Positions 37,827 to 47,031 of a DNA stretch of 64,000 nucleotides are shown here, piece after piece. Source of the DNA: Archaeoglobales archaeon (GTDB lineage Archaea; Halobacteriota; Archaeoglobi; Archaeoglobales; Archaeoglobaceae). Both the position numbers and the translations under genes were made by a program. Numbering within the stretch: the first letter of the stretch is position 1; each line of letters starts with the position of its first letter. Below the pieces are notes generated by a model. That model searched no databases and was not told where the DNA came from. It saw nothing but the letters and a program-made list of their open reading frames with translations. Location of the stretch: NCBI GenBank assembly GCA_029984855.1, contig JARQZL010000016.1, positions 1,482 to 65,481 on the forward strand. Reading direction: 5' to 3'.

Positions 37827-38657
37827 CTATTCGCTCAATTTAAAATGCGGGATGAAGCCATATCTTTTATAGATTTTTTGTGCTTTTCTGGATCTTATAA
37901 ACTTCAGAAACCTCTCGGCATTTAACGGATTCGGTGCATCTCTCAGCCTCGCAATATAGTAGTTTACTTTATCCCTCTGATCAAGTTTTTCTCCAGGTTC
38001 AACAACTTCAATCTTAAGCCCCTGTGTTTTGGCGTAAATGGCCTCAGTAGCCCACACAGGGCCAACGTCAACTTCATGTCTTAGAATTCTCATTGGAGTC
38101 TCTCTGTGGTGAACAAGCGTTAGCATTGTTGTATCATTCTGTCTTTTATCTTCCATAATCTTCTTTACGAGCTCATCTCCGCCTGCTTCACGGTACATAT
38201 TCAGCACGTATTCTGCAATGTGCTCATTCTCCGGGTCTGGCTGCGATATCCTTACGTCATCTCTCCCGAGGTCAAGAACGGATTTAATGCCTGCCGGGTT
38301 TCCTTCTGGAACGATCAAAACTATACGGTTGTGCAGGTAAATGAAGTAGTCGTCAATGAGCCCCCTCTCCTTTAATGCATTCATTGCATCCTCGCTAACC
38401 GATGAGTAGACATCGGGTCTGCCAGTCAAGACCTTACTTCTGAAAATAGCACCGCCATCCATAATCTGTTTCAGCAAAAGACCGGGGGGCAAAGTCTCAT
38501 AAAATATTCGCTTCACACCATATTCATCCTGAAAGGCTTTGATGAGTTCGTCCATGGCCATAAACTGGTTTCCGGCCATAAATAAAATGAGCTCTGCATC
38601 ATCCATGCATTCAAGGTTGTGAATATCTTCTCCTCTCTGTGATGGGATTGTGAGCAT
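37827..38657 (-). CDS. Periplasmic-binding-protein-fold (ModA/sulfate-binding-like) protein without signal peptide
   Basis: 276 aa. LILFMAGNQF...VYSSVSEDAM...NRIVLIVPEGNPAGIKSVLDL resembles molybdate/tungstate-type SBPs. No hydrophobic N-terminus. Confidence 0.55.
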   Translation of the reverse strand: MLTIPSQRGEDIHNLECMDDAELILFMAGNQFMAMDELIKAFQDEYGVKRIFYETLPPGLLLKQIMDGGAIFRSKVLTGRPDVYSSVSEDAMNALKERGLIDDYFIYLHNRIVLIVPEGNPAGIKSVLDLGRDDVRISQPDPENEHIAEYVLNMYREAGGDELVKKIMEDKRQNDTTMLTLVHHRETPMRILRHEVDVGPVWATEAIYAKTQGLKIEVVEPGEKLDQRDKVNYYIARLRDAPNPLNAERFLKFIRSRKAQKIYKRYGFIPHFKLSE

Positions 38658-38922
38658 AGCAATATCTGAACAATAAACAGCTTAAAACTTTAACTGAATT
38701 TCGGGATTTGAAGAAGGTCAACCAACATTATTTCTTTTCTCCATTATTGCTTTATAAAAAGTACAATCGTGATTGCTGCACCTCGTGCAAACACCCTCTG
38801 CAAGCACTATGAGTTCACACATGCCCCGCAGCCTGAAGAAGAGAATATGAACTTTCCGGTTTTATGCATTTATGTGCTTATGCCTATGTGCTCGTGTGCG
38901 CCTCAAGGTGAACGTAGGAAGA

Positions 38923-39981
38923 CTACTTAAGGTATTTATCAGCCCTTTCAAGAGCCCTTGCGACAAGTAGTGATGTATTCTGAAGATCACCCATGTCTAT
39001 AACCTCCACCGGTGTGTGTATGTACCTTGCAGGCACGCTCACGACTCCTGTTGGTATTCCTGCTTTTGTCAGATGGATGGCTGTAGCGTCTGTTGTTCCG
39101 CCCTCAGCAACTTCAAGCTGGTATGGAATTCCGTTCTTTTCTGCAGTATCTTTCAGCCATTTAAGCACTTTTTTGCTTGCAATTAGCCCCCTCCCCGCCG
39201 CATCCGCAACAGTTATTGCCGGCCCCTTTCCCAGCCTTATGTCAATATGTGCTGACTCGCTACCAGGAAAATCTGTTGCAACACAGACATCGAGGGCTAT
39301 TGCAGCATCTGGCTCAATTGCAAACGCAGAAGTCCTGGCACCCTTGAGCCCCACCTCTTCCTGAACTGTTCCAACCGCATAAATCGTTGCGTCACTCTTC
39401 GTCTCCTTCATTGCAGAAATCATCGCTGCAATACCTGCTCTGTTATCGAAGGCCTTGCCAGTGACCTTTTGGCCAAGTCTGACGAGCTGTCTGTCACTGG
39501 TTACTGGTGTCCCAACATCAATACCCATTTCAATAGCTTCATCCCTGCTTGAAGCTCCAATATCAACAAACATCTCTTTGATTTTGATTATCTTCTTTCT
39601 TTCGTCATCTTCCATTATGTGGGGTGGTTTACATCCAAAAACCCCGTAAATCTTACCCTTGCTCCCATGCAAAATTACACGCTGGTTAAGAACTGTCTGG
39701 TGGAACCATCCACCCACGGGTGTTACACGTATAAAGCCCTTTTCGTCTATATGCTTCACCATAAATCCAATTTCATCCATATGGGCTGCAATCATCAGCT
39801 TCTTCTCATTTCCATTTCTTATGGCTATCAAGTTACCGAGATTGTCTACCCTTATCTCATCTGAAACAACTTCAAGCTCCGCCTTAATCAGTTCTCTCAC
39901 TTCATCTTCGTATCCACTCAGGCCGTGGGCATTACTGAGCTTCTTCAGCAATTCAAACATGTTATCACTCGAGAACTGCAT
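38923..39981 (-). CDS. M42-family (TET/FrvX) aminopeptidase
   Basis: 352 aa. SGYEDEVRE...AAHMDEIGF...AFDNRAG...VQEEVGLKGA... matches the M42 metal ligands. Confidence 0.85.
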   Translation of the reverse strand: MQFSSDNMFELLKKLSNAHGLSGYEDEVRELIKAELEVVSDEIRVDNLGNLIAIRNGNEKKLMIAAHMDEIGFMVKHIDEKGFIRVTPVGGWFHQTVLNQRVILHGSKGKIYGVFGCKPPHIMEDDERKKIIKIKEMFVDIGASSRDEAIEMGIDVGTPVTSDRQLVRLGQKVTGKAFDNRAGIAAMISAMKETKSDATIYAVGTVQEEVGLKGARTSAFAIEPDAAIALDVCVATDFPGSESAHIDIRLGKGPAITVADAAGRGLIASKKVLKWLKDTAEKNGIPYQLEVAEGGTTDATAIHLTKAGIPTGVVSVPARYIHTPVEVIDMGDLQNTSLLVARALERADKYLK

Positions 39982-40552
39982 GCCTCTTCTCGAGGTCTTT
40001 TTCTGTAAGGCTCTTTATGTCCATGAGTTCTGCAACAAGACCATCAAGAAATATCAGTGCAGTAAGTTCAAAAAGAGTTCCAAGTGGGGCTATGTTTGAA
40101 ATGCTCTCATCCCTCTGATTTTTGTTTTTACCCTTCAGTACTACAACAACGTCGCTCATTTTGGCCAGTGTGGAGTCTGTGTTCTGAGTGATTGTTACAA
40201 GCTTTGAGTGTATAAGCTCCTTGGCCTTTCTGCTGATGTTAACAACTGAAGTTGTTTCTCCAGAACCGGATATCGTAATCAGAACATCATTTCTGGCTAT
40301 TTTTGGAGTTACAGTTTCGCCAACAACGAAAACACTGTAGCCAAGGTGCATTAAACGCATGGCAAATGCCTTGGCAACGAAACCACTTCTTCCGGCACCC
40401 ATCACGAAGATGTTATCGGCATCCTCTATTGCATATATAAGATCGCCAATTTGAGCAGGGCTTGCCTCTCTCTTTAAAACGCCTATATGCTTCTCGAGAG
40501 TGTCCAGAAACGCAAACAGCTTTTCACCTACCAGTTTGCCCTTTATTGCCAT
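39965..40552 (-). CDS. hxlB: 6-phospho-3-hexuloisomerase (SIS domain)
   Basis: 195 aa. IFVMGAGRSGFVAKAFAMRLMHLG...ISGSGETT. Confidence 0.8.
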   Translation of the reverse strand: MAIKGKLVGEKLFAFLDTLEKHIGVLKREASPAQIGDLIYAIEDADNIFVMGAGRSGFVAKAFAMRLMHLGYSVFVVGETVTPKIARNDVLITISGSGETTSVVNISRKAKELIHSKLVTITQNTDSTLAKMSDVVVVLKGKNKNQRDESISNIAPLGTLFELTALIFLDGLVAELMDIKSLTEKDLEKRHAVLE

Positions 40553-40629
40553 ATCTCAGCCTTCTCCTCTGCTTGAATTTAAGCTTTTCTCATTTGATGT
40601 TGCGAGAAGTCTAAATACTCCAAGTCTGT

Positions 40630-41277
40630 ATGTCCTCCATGGAAAGAAGGACTGGTGTTATTGCAGCTCTCGATATGAATGGTATCGGCATAGCAGGTGG
40701 TATAGAGGAGTACGTTGATGCATTCAAGGTAAACTATCCTGTGGTTCTTGCACAGGGCACCTCTGTCATCAGAGAGCTTTCACTGTACAGACCCGTTATT
40801 GCGGACTTCAAGATTGCAGACGTTCCCCATATTGCTACCAGAATTGCTGAAATTGCCTTTGAAAATAAAGCAAGTTCTGTAATAGCTCACGGCTTTACGG
40901 GCAGCGATTCTGTAAAAGCAGTTCTCGATGTTGCAAAACGCTACGATGGAGAGGTTTACGTTGTTGCTGAGTTAAGCAGTGCCGGGGGAAAGGAGTTTAT
41001 GACGGGCATTTCAGAAAAAATTGTGAAAATGGCGAAAAAGCTCGGGTGCCATGGTATTATAGCTCCGGCAACGAGACCTGAGAGAATAAAAAGACTCAGA
41101 GAGATTGCGGGTGAGATGCAGATTCTTTCGCCTGGCGTTGGAAAGCAGGGTGGAGATGCTGTAGAGGCTATAAATGCGGGGGCAGATTTTGTGATAGTTG
41201 GGAGAAGCATATATGAGGGAAACGCAGTTGAAAATGCAAAAAAGCTTGCAGAGCGACTTTTAGGGGTGCTGAGGTGA
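40630..41277 (+). CDS. pyrF: Orotidine 5'-phosphate decarboxylase
   Basis: 215 aa. IAALD...ADFKIADVPH...LSPGVGKQGG...IVGRSI. Confidence 0.85.
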   Translation: MSSMERRTGVIAALDMNGIGIAGGIEEYVDAFKVNYPVVLAQGTSVIRELSLYRPVIADFKIADVPHIATRIAEIAFENKASSVIAHGFTGSDSVKAVLDVAKRYDGEVYVVAELSSAGGKEFMTGISEKIVKMAKKLGCHGIIAPATRPERIKRLREIAGEMQILSPGVGKQGGDAVEAINAGADFVIVGRSIYEGNAVENAKKLAERLLGVLR

Positions 41278-41284
41278 TGGCAGG

Positions 41285-42115
41285 ATGATAGAGTTTACGA
41301 AGATGCATGGCAACGGAAACGACTTCGTTGTTTTTGATGAGTTTCGTAGAATGCTTGTTCCTGAGGAAGAGAAGCCTGCTTTTGTAAAGGCGGTATGTAA
41401 CCGTCGCTTTGGAGTTGGAGGAGATGGGGCGATATTTGTTCAGCCTTCAGAAGTTGCGGATGCAAGGTTTCGCTACTTTAACAGCGATGGAAGTGAGGCC
41501 ATGTGCGGAAATGGAATTCGATGTTTTGCACGTCTTGTTGTTGAGGAGGGGTATACAGCAAAAAAATTCAGGGTGGAAACGCTTGCGGGTGTAAAGGAGG
41601 TTTGGGTCAGCATAGAAGACGGAGATTACTGGGTAAAGGTGGACATGGGAAAGCCACTTTTTGAGCCAGAAAAAATTCCTGTTACCGGAGGGAAATTTAA
41701 CGGCGTGTGGCACGATACATTCGACGTTCTTGGGGGAGAGTGTGAGGTTTATGCCGTCAATACTGGAGTTCCTCATGCAGTTGTCTTTGTTGATTCCCTC
41801 GACGTTGATATGCATGAAGCGAGGAAGATAAGGTACAGCAAAAAGTTTCCAGAAGGAGTGAATGTCAATTTTTCAAGAATTCTCTCTGAAGAAGAGGTTG
41901 AAGTGAGGACGTACGAGAGGGGAGTTGAAGGTGAAACTCTCAGTTGTGGAACGGGCAGCGTTGCTGTTGTTGCTGTGGCAAGCAGGCTTGGCCTGATGAA
42001 TTCGAAAGCTGAAGTTAGAACCAAGGGAGGCATTCTGAGGATAGAGATAAACGATTCATCATTCATGACAGGTAAAGCCGTAAGAGTTTTTGATGGCGTT
42101 CTGAAGGAGATATGA
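41285..42115 (+). CDS. dapF: Diaminopimelate epimerase
   Basis: 276 aa. MHGNGNDFVVFD, catalytic MCGNGIRCFA and SCGTGSVA. Confidence 0.9.
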   Translation: MIEFTKMHGNGNDFVVFDEFRRMLVPEEEKPAFVKAVCNRRFGVGGDGAIFVQPSEVADARFRYFNSDGSEAMCGNGIRCFARLVVEEGYTAKKFRVETLAGVKEVWVSIEDGDYWVKVDMGKPLFEPEKIPVTGGKFNGVWHDTFDVLGGECEVYAVNTGVPHAVVFVDSLDVDMHEARKIRYSKKFPEGVNVNFSRILSEEEVEVRTYERGVEGETLSCGTGSVAVVAVASRLGLMNSKAEVRTKGGILRIEINDSSFMTGKAVRVFDGVLKEI

Positions 42116-42861
42116 AGTTCCGTTTTCCTAACCGTCTTGTTCTTTCTGCAATGGCAGGAATAAACAATGCCAAGTTTTGTATGCAGCATCCCGTGGGCAT
42201 GGCAATTCTTGGAGGTTTCAGCGCTGACCGGGCTTCGATGAATGCAGCAAGAAAAGTCATTAAAAGAGGAAGAAAAGAGTTTATTTTTGAGAACCCTCTT
42301 GAAGGAATTGCGAAAGAAGTCAAATTGTTTGTCAAATCTTCCAGCGGGAAGTTTGCAATTAATGTGAGATCCGCAACGGTTGACGGTTATGTTGGAGCAG
42401 CGGACATATCAAGACGTTACGGAGGGATTATCGAGATTAATGCTCACTGCAGGCAGCCAGAGTTCGTTGAGGCTGGATGCGGGCAGTGGCTTATGAAACA
42501 CCCTGAACTTCTGGAGGAGATAATCAGGGAGGTTTCAGAAATCGCTCCGGTCAGCGTCAAGATCAGGAACGGTAAAAACTGTGTTAACGTAGCAAAAAGG
42601 GCATTTAAAGCTGGAGCATCCCTTGTGCATATTGATGCGATGGTTCCCGGCAATTTATGCGATTTTGAAGTTGTAAAAAAGATTTCCCGGTTAGGGATGA
42701 CGGTAGGTAACAACTCTGTAAGCACCATTGAGATGGCGGAAAAAATGGCCGAAGTTGCACACCTCGTTTCAGCTGCAAGAGCAGTACTGAAAGATCCCCT
42801 CTTCTTCCACAAACTCCTCTCATCTCCTATACTTGCTGAACCGCTTACTCTCGATCTCTGA
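42112..42861 (+). CDS. TIM-barrel flavoprotein-like protein (MJ0144/Dus-like family)
   Basis: 249 aa. LVLSAMAGINN...IEINAHCRQPE...VSVKIR is reminiscent of dihydrouridine-synthase-like barrels. It overlaps the dapF stop. Confidence 0.45.
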   Translation: MKFRFPNRLVLSAMAGINNAKFCMQHPVGMAILGGFSADRASMNAARKVIKRGRKEFIFENPLEGIAKEVKLFVKSSSGKFAINVRSATVDGYVGAADISRRYGGIIEINAHCRQPEFVEAGCGQWLMKHPELLEEIIREVSEIAPVSVKIRNGKNCVNVAKRAFKAGASLVHIDAMVPGNLCDFEVVKKISRLGMTVGNNSVSTIEMAEKMAEVAHLVSAARAVLKDPLFFHKLLSSPILAEPLTLDL

Positions 42862-42966
42862 TGGCTGGAACTAACTACCAAATCTTGTAATCAGATACAG
42901 GACAAAAACCCCGGCAACCATTATGACGACGATGTTGCTTATTTAAAAAATTAGGAAGCAAGAGAA

Positions 42967-43173
42967 GTGAGAATATCAGTCGCTCTCAATCCAGAAACGT
43001 TCAGTATGCTCAGAGAACTGTCTAACAGAAAAAGACAGACGATATCGCATGTTGTAAGAACAGCAATCAGAACGCAGTTCGAATCAGAAGTACGGGAGAG
43101 ACATCCTGAAGCAGAGATATATGCTGACTTTCTTTCAAGCAGAGAGCACGTTATTGTAGGTGTTGAACTCTGA
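42967..43173 (+). CDS. Ribbon-helix-helix (CopG-like) DNA-binding protein
   Basis: 68 aa with a GTG start. RISVALNPETFSMLRELSNRKRQTISHVVRTAI is a typical RHH beta-strand plus helices. Confidence 0.6.
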   Translation: MRISVALNPETFSMLRELSNRKRQTISHVVRTAIRTQFESEVRERHPEAEIYADFLSSREHVIVGVEL

Positions 43174-43179
43174 GATGCA

Positions 43180-43485
43180 ATGCTCGAAGAGCTGAACAAA
43201 ACAGCCTCAAGTGACTTCTGGGAAATCGCAGAGATGGAGGGATACAGACGTGGAATATACTATAAAAGTGTGGGGCTGGAAAGCTTGGGAGATATACTGA
43301 AGCACATCCAGCATATAAACTGGTTCAAGCTGAAGGTCAACAAGAACTGCTATACTCTTACACTTGCAACTTCAAGTACGAGAAAGCTCATTATAAAGTT
43401 TCTTTCCGGTATATTTAGGGCTCTGAACATCAATCCGGAAATTAACGAGTTTCAGCGGAGCCTGCTGATTGTTGAGAGATATTGA
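43180..43485 (+). CDS. Hypothetical 101-aa protein, 6 nt downstream of the RHH gene
   Basis: ORF only; no recognisable motif. Confidence 0.4.
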   Translation: MLEELNKTASSDFWEIAEMEGYRRGIYYKSVGLESLGDILKHIQHINWFKLKVNKNCYTLTLATSSTRKLIIKFLSGIFRALNINPEINEFQRSLLIVERY

Positions 43486-43560
43486 GAGTAATGCATATGG
43501 AACTATAATATCACACCTTCCAAACAGTAAACCTTTTCTTTTTCCTGGTCAAGTGTGGAC

Positions 43561-44250
43561 ATGGAGCTTATAATTATCAGTGTAGGTAACGAGCTTTTGA
43601 GAGGCGACACCCAGAATACAAATGCGGCATACATGGCAAAAAGGTTAACTCAATGCGGGCACAGGGTCAGAAGGATAGTTGTTGTACCTGATGATGTGGA
43701 TGAAATAGCCACGGAGGTAACGAGGGCAAGAGAGATGGCAGATTTTACGCTTCTAACCGGTGGACTGGGTGTCACTCACGATGACGTTACTGCTGAAGGT
43801 GTGGCATTGTCGCTCTCAAGAAAGCTGGAGATTAATGCAAAGGCAGTTGAGACGATGAAAGGTAGAGTTTCAAATGAGGATGCAATAAGAAAGATGGCTA
43901 CACTTCCAGAAGGCAGTGAGGTCATAAAAAATGATGTTGGAGCCGCTCCTGGTTTTGTTGTTGAAAATGTGGCGGTTATGCCGGGAGTGCCGAGAGAGAT
44001 GGAGAACATATTTGAGAAACTCATCCACAGATTTGGTGTCAGCGATTACTTTGAGGAGACTGTTAGAGTTGAAGGTTTTGAAGATAGAATAGCAGACAAG
44101 CTTGAGGTTGTTGTATCCGAGTTCCCTGACGTTGAAATTGGCTCCTATCCCAAGCCAGGATATATTGTTATCAAGTTCACAGGTAAGGACAAGAAGAGGG
44201 TTATTTCAGCAAAGCGAAGGTTTATTGAACTTGCAGGGCTCGGATCATGA
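43561..44250 (+). CDS. MoCF-binding/CinA N-terminal-domain protein (molybdopterin-binding fold)
   Basis: LIIISVGNELLRGDTQNTNAAYMAKRL...LTGGLGVTHDDVT. I prefer the ATG at 43561; the track GTG is at 43555. Confidence 0.65.
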   Translation: MELIIISVGNELLRGDTQNTNAAYMAKRLTQCGHRVRRIVVVPDDVDEIATEVTRAREMADFTLLTGGLGVTHDDVTAEGVALSLSRKLEINAKAVETMKGRVSNEDAIRKMATLPEGSEVIKNDVGAAPGFVVENVAVMPGVPREMENIFEKLIHRFGVSDYFEETVRVEGFEDRIADKLEVVVSEFPDVEIGSYPKPGYIVIKFTGKDKKRVISAKRRFIELAGLGS

Positions 44251-44912
44251 GGCCGCATGTTTTTATAAATATTGCAGCAAGTATAGATGGCAGGATAAGC
44301 GATGAAAGGAGGAAACAGATAAGAATCTCGTGCGAAGAGGATATGCTTAGGGTTGATAAGCTCAGAGCAGAGAGCGATGCGATTATGGTTGGCATTGGTA
44401 CAGTTCTTGCTGATAATCCGAAGCTGACAGTAAGAAACACAGCTCTGAAAGAAGAAAGAACCAGAACAGGCAAAGCTCCAAATCCCATCCGTGTTGTGGT
44501 TGATAGCAGAGCAAGAACACCACCGAATGCGAATGTCCTCAGTAAAGAAGCGAAAACTCTTATAGCAGTGTCCGAATCTGCGGATAAAGTAAAACTCGCC
44601 TCTCTCAAAAATAGAGCAGAGGTATTCATTGCCGGAAAAAACAGGGTCGACCTCAGAACTCTTCTGGAGCATCTTTACTCACTCGGTGTGAGGAGGCTGA
44701 TGGTTGAGGGCGGAGCGAGGCTGAATTACGGGCTTATATCTGAAGGGCTTGTGGACGAGATAATGATATACTATGGTGGTATTATCATCGCAGATGGGCC
44801 TGCCATCGTTGATGGCCCCTCTTTCAAACCACCGGTTCCTGTTGAACTTTCGGAAGTCAAACAGCTTGGTAAGGGTGTTTTGGCCATCTGGAAATGTACA
44901 AATAAATTGTAA
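44247..44912 (+). CDS. ribD: 2,5-diamino-6-ribosylamino-4(3H)-pyrimidinone 5'-phosphate reductase (RibD C-terminal type)
   Basis: 221 aa. RPHVFINIAASIDGRIS...MVGIGTVLADNPKLTVR...LMVEGGARLN. Confidence 0.75.
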   Translation: MRPHVFINIAASIDGRISDERRKQIRISCEEDMLRVDKLRAESDAIMVGIGTVLADNPKLTVRNTALKEERTRTGKAPNPIRVVVDSRARTPPNANVLSKEAKTLIAVSESADKVKLASLKNRAEVFIAGKNRVDLRTLLEHLYSLGVRRLMVEGGARLNYGLISEGLVDEIMIYYGGIIIADGPAIVDGPSFKPPVPVELSEVKQLGKGVLAIWKCTNKL

Positions 44913-45016
44913 CCCGTTGGCAGGAAAAACAGTTTGTCGATCTGTATTGAAAAATAATTGAACATCAGTGGATTAAAAAAAGAAAAAGTTAATAACTATC
45001 GAGTTGACCGGCAACC

Positions 45017-45967
45017 ATGAGTCCAGTATATGTTGTAGGACATAAAAACCCGGACACGGATTCGATCTGTTCTGCAATTGCCTATGCATACTTGAGAAAT
45101 GAGCAGGTCAAGAAGGGACAGATAAAGGGGGTAACTGAAGAGGCAGTTCCGGCAAGGCAGGGCGATTTAAACCCGGAAACAGAGTTTGTTCTGAAAAAAT
45201 TTGGATTTGAGGCTCCTGAACTGTTGACCGATGGAACCGGGAAGAAAGTTGTTCTGGTTGACCACAGTGAAATAGGGCAAACCTTAGACAACATTGACAA
45301 AGCTGAAATCCTGGCAATTATAGACCACCACAAGATAGGAGATATAACGACACCCAATCCGATAGTATACATAAACATGCCCACAGGCTGCACGGCATCT
45401 ATACTAAAAACGATCTTTGAATACTGCCAGACAGAAATACCGCCGAATATTGCAGGAATTTTGCTTGCAGCAATTCTGAGTGATACAGTTGCATTCAAGT
45501 CCGTAACCACAACGGAAAAAGACAAGAAAGCTGCAGAAGAGCTTGCAAAGATTGCCGGCATCAGAGATATGATGGAACTTGCGATGGAGATGTTCAAGGC
45601 CAAGTCAGATGTTTCAGGCAGAAGTCCGAGAGATTTGCTCTACAGAGACTACAAGGACTTCAACATGTCTGGAAATAAGGTTGGAGTCGGTCAGATTGAG
45701 GTTGTAAGCTTGGATTTGCTTGCAGACATAAAGGATGCTCTGTACGATGAAATGGCCAAGGTAAAGGCCGAAGGAGGTTACCACAGCATATTCTTAATGC
45801 TGACAGATATAATGAAGGAAGGAACAGAGATGCTTGTAGTAACAGATGACGCAAGCATCGTTGAGAAGGCCTTTGGTAAGAAGCTTGAGGGCAAATCTGT
45901 CTGGCTCGATGGCGTAATGTCAAGGAAAAAGCAGGTTGTTCCGCCACTTGAGAAGGCATTTGCCTGA
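45017..45967 (+). CDS. ppaC: Family II (DHH/DHHA2) manganese-dependent inorganic pyrophosphatase
   Basis: 316 aa. VVGHKNPDTDSICSAIAY...LVDH...DHHK...SDT... Confidence 0.85.
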   Translation: MSPVYVVGHKNPDTDSICSAIAYAYLRNEQVKKGQIKGVTEEAVPARQGDLNPETEFVLKKFGFEAPELLTDGTGKKVVLVDHSEIGQTLDNIDKAEILAIIDHHKIGDITTPNPIVYINMPTGCTASILKTIFEYCQTEIPPNIAGILLAAILSDTVAFKSVTTTEKDKKAAEELAKIAGIRDMMELAMEMFKAKSDVSGRSPRDLLYRDYKDFNMSGNKVGVGQIEVVSLDLLADIKDALYDEMAKVKAEGGYHSIFLMLTDIMKEGTEMLVVTDDASIVEKAFGKKLEGKSVWLDGVMSRKKQVVPPLEKAFA

Positions 45968-46275
45968 TCTCATTTTTAATCTTTGTTTTTTGTATCCCAG
46001 TGAACTCAGTATACCTGATTGATAGTTGATTGCCAAAGCCAAGCGCTTTTTTGTTTGAGCTCTCGTCTTGAGCATTTCAGGTATAAATGGGGGTGCCGGA
46101 AAAAACGCTATGGCGGTGACGGCGGGAAGGCTGCAAACCATTGCGATGGCACCCCGTATGTTATAAGTGATTCATCCTGATAAATAAACATTGCGGTGTT
46201 AAGATCATGGAGTAGTTAATCTTCACACACAATCACTTCAACAAATTTAATTAGGCAGAAGTGTGGAGGGGTGGT

Positions 46276-47031
46276 GTGCTGAAACTTGCGATATCTGGGA
46301 AAGGAGGGGTTGGAAAAACAACGCTTGCAGCAATGCTTGCATATCTATTTGTCAAGGATGGCTTTACAGTTACAGCTATAGATTGCGACTCATCCATAAA
46401 CCTACCATCTGCCCTTGGAGTGAGAGAAGAAGTTAAACCCCTCTCGGAGCTGAGGGAGATAATCGAGCAGAGAGTCAAAGGGCCTTTTGGGACTTTCCGT
46501 TATAACCCGAAGGTTGATGACGTATTCGAGAGTTATTCTGTAAGAAACAATGAGGGAGTCAGAATACTTGTCCTTGGTACTATAGAGAAAGGTGGCGAGG
46601 GGTGTTTCTGTCCTGAAAACGCATTTCTCAGGGCAATTCTCAGGTATGCGATATTCTGTGATGATGTGCTCATTCTCGACATGGAGGCTGGTATAGAGCA
46701 CTTAGGCAGGGGCACGGCAAAAGGTGTTGATATACTCATAGCGGTTGTTGAGCCTGGAACAAGGTCGATAGAGACACTTAATCGTATAGACAAGCTTGCA
46801 GCAGACCTCGGAATAGAGAGAATCGCAGTGGTTGTAAACAAGTACGTTGACTCACCGAAGGCCTTACAACTTATCTCTGGTATAGTTCATCCAGTCCTTG
46901 GGGTAGTTCCATATAACCCGTGCTTCATCCAGGCAGATCTGGAAAATATACCTCCTTACGAAATGTGTGATCTAAGGCCTTTTGAAGGGATAAAAGAAAA
47001 GCTAATTGAACTTGTTGAAGTGAAGAAATGA
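46276..47031 (+). CDS. cooC: CooC/AcsF-type P-loop nickel-insertion NTPase
   Basis: LAISGKGGVGKTT, CxC motif EGCFCPEN. GTG 46276 (MLKLAISG) is preferred over GTG 46261. Confidence 0.8.
   Translation: MLKLAISGKGGVGKTTLAAMLAYLFVKDGFTVTAIDCDSSINLPSALGVREEVKPLSELREIIEQRVKGPFGTFRYNPKVDDVFESYSVRNNEGVRILVLGTIEKGGEGCFCPENAFLRAILRYAIFCDDVLILDMEAGIEHLGRGTAKGVDILIAVVEPGTRSIETLNRIDKLAADLGIERIAVVVNKYVDSPKALQLISGIVHPVLGVVPYNPCFIQADLENIPPYEMCDLRPFEGIKEKLIELVEVKK

Noticed and set aside
37685-38922. Integrated element at the tRNA-Ser gene
   Set aside because: There is no integrase, no direct repeat of the tRNA 3' end downstream, and only one ordinary-looking gene before the next housekeeping gene.
38658-38922. 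Small Cys-containing ORFs (e.g. minus-strand MCELIVLAEGVCTRCSNHDCTFYKAIMEKRNNVG) in the 265-bp gap
   Set aside because: They are very short, lack a convincing ribosome-binding or TATA context, and have no recognisable motif. I cannot support them from sequence alone.
46090-46155. H/ACA guide RNA interpretation of the nested hairpin
   Set aside because: The 3' side of the would-be pseudouridylation pocket is only 2 nt, and no ACA box follows the basal stem. It is retained only as a generic structured-RNA candidate.
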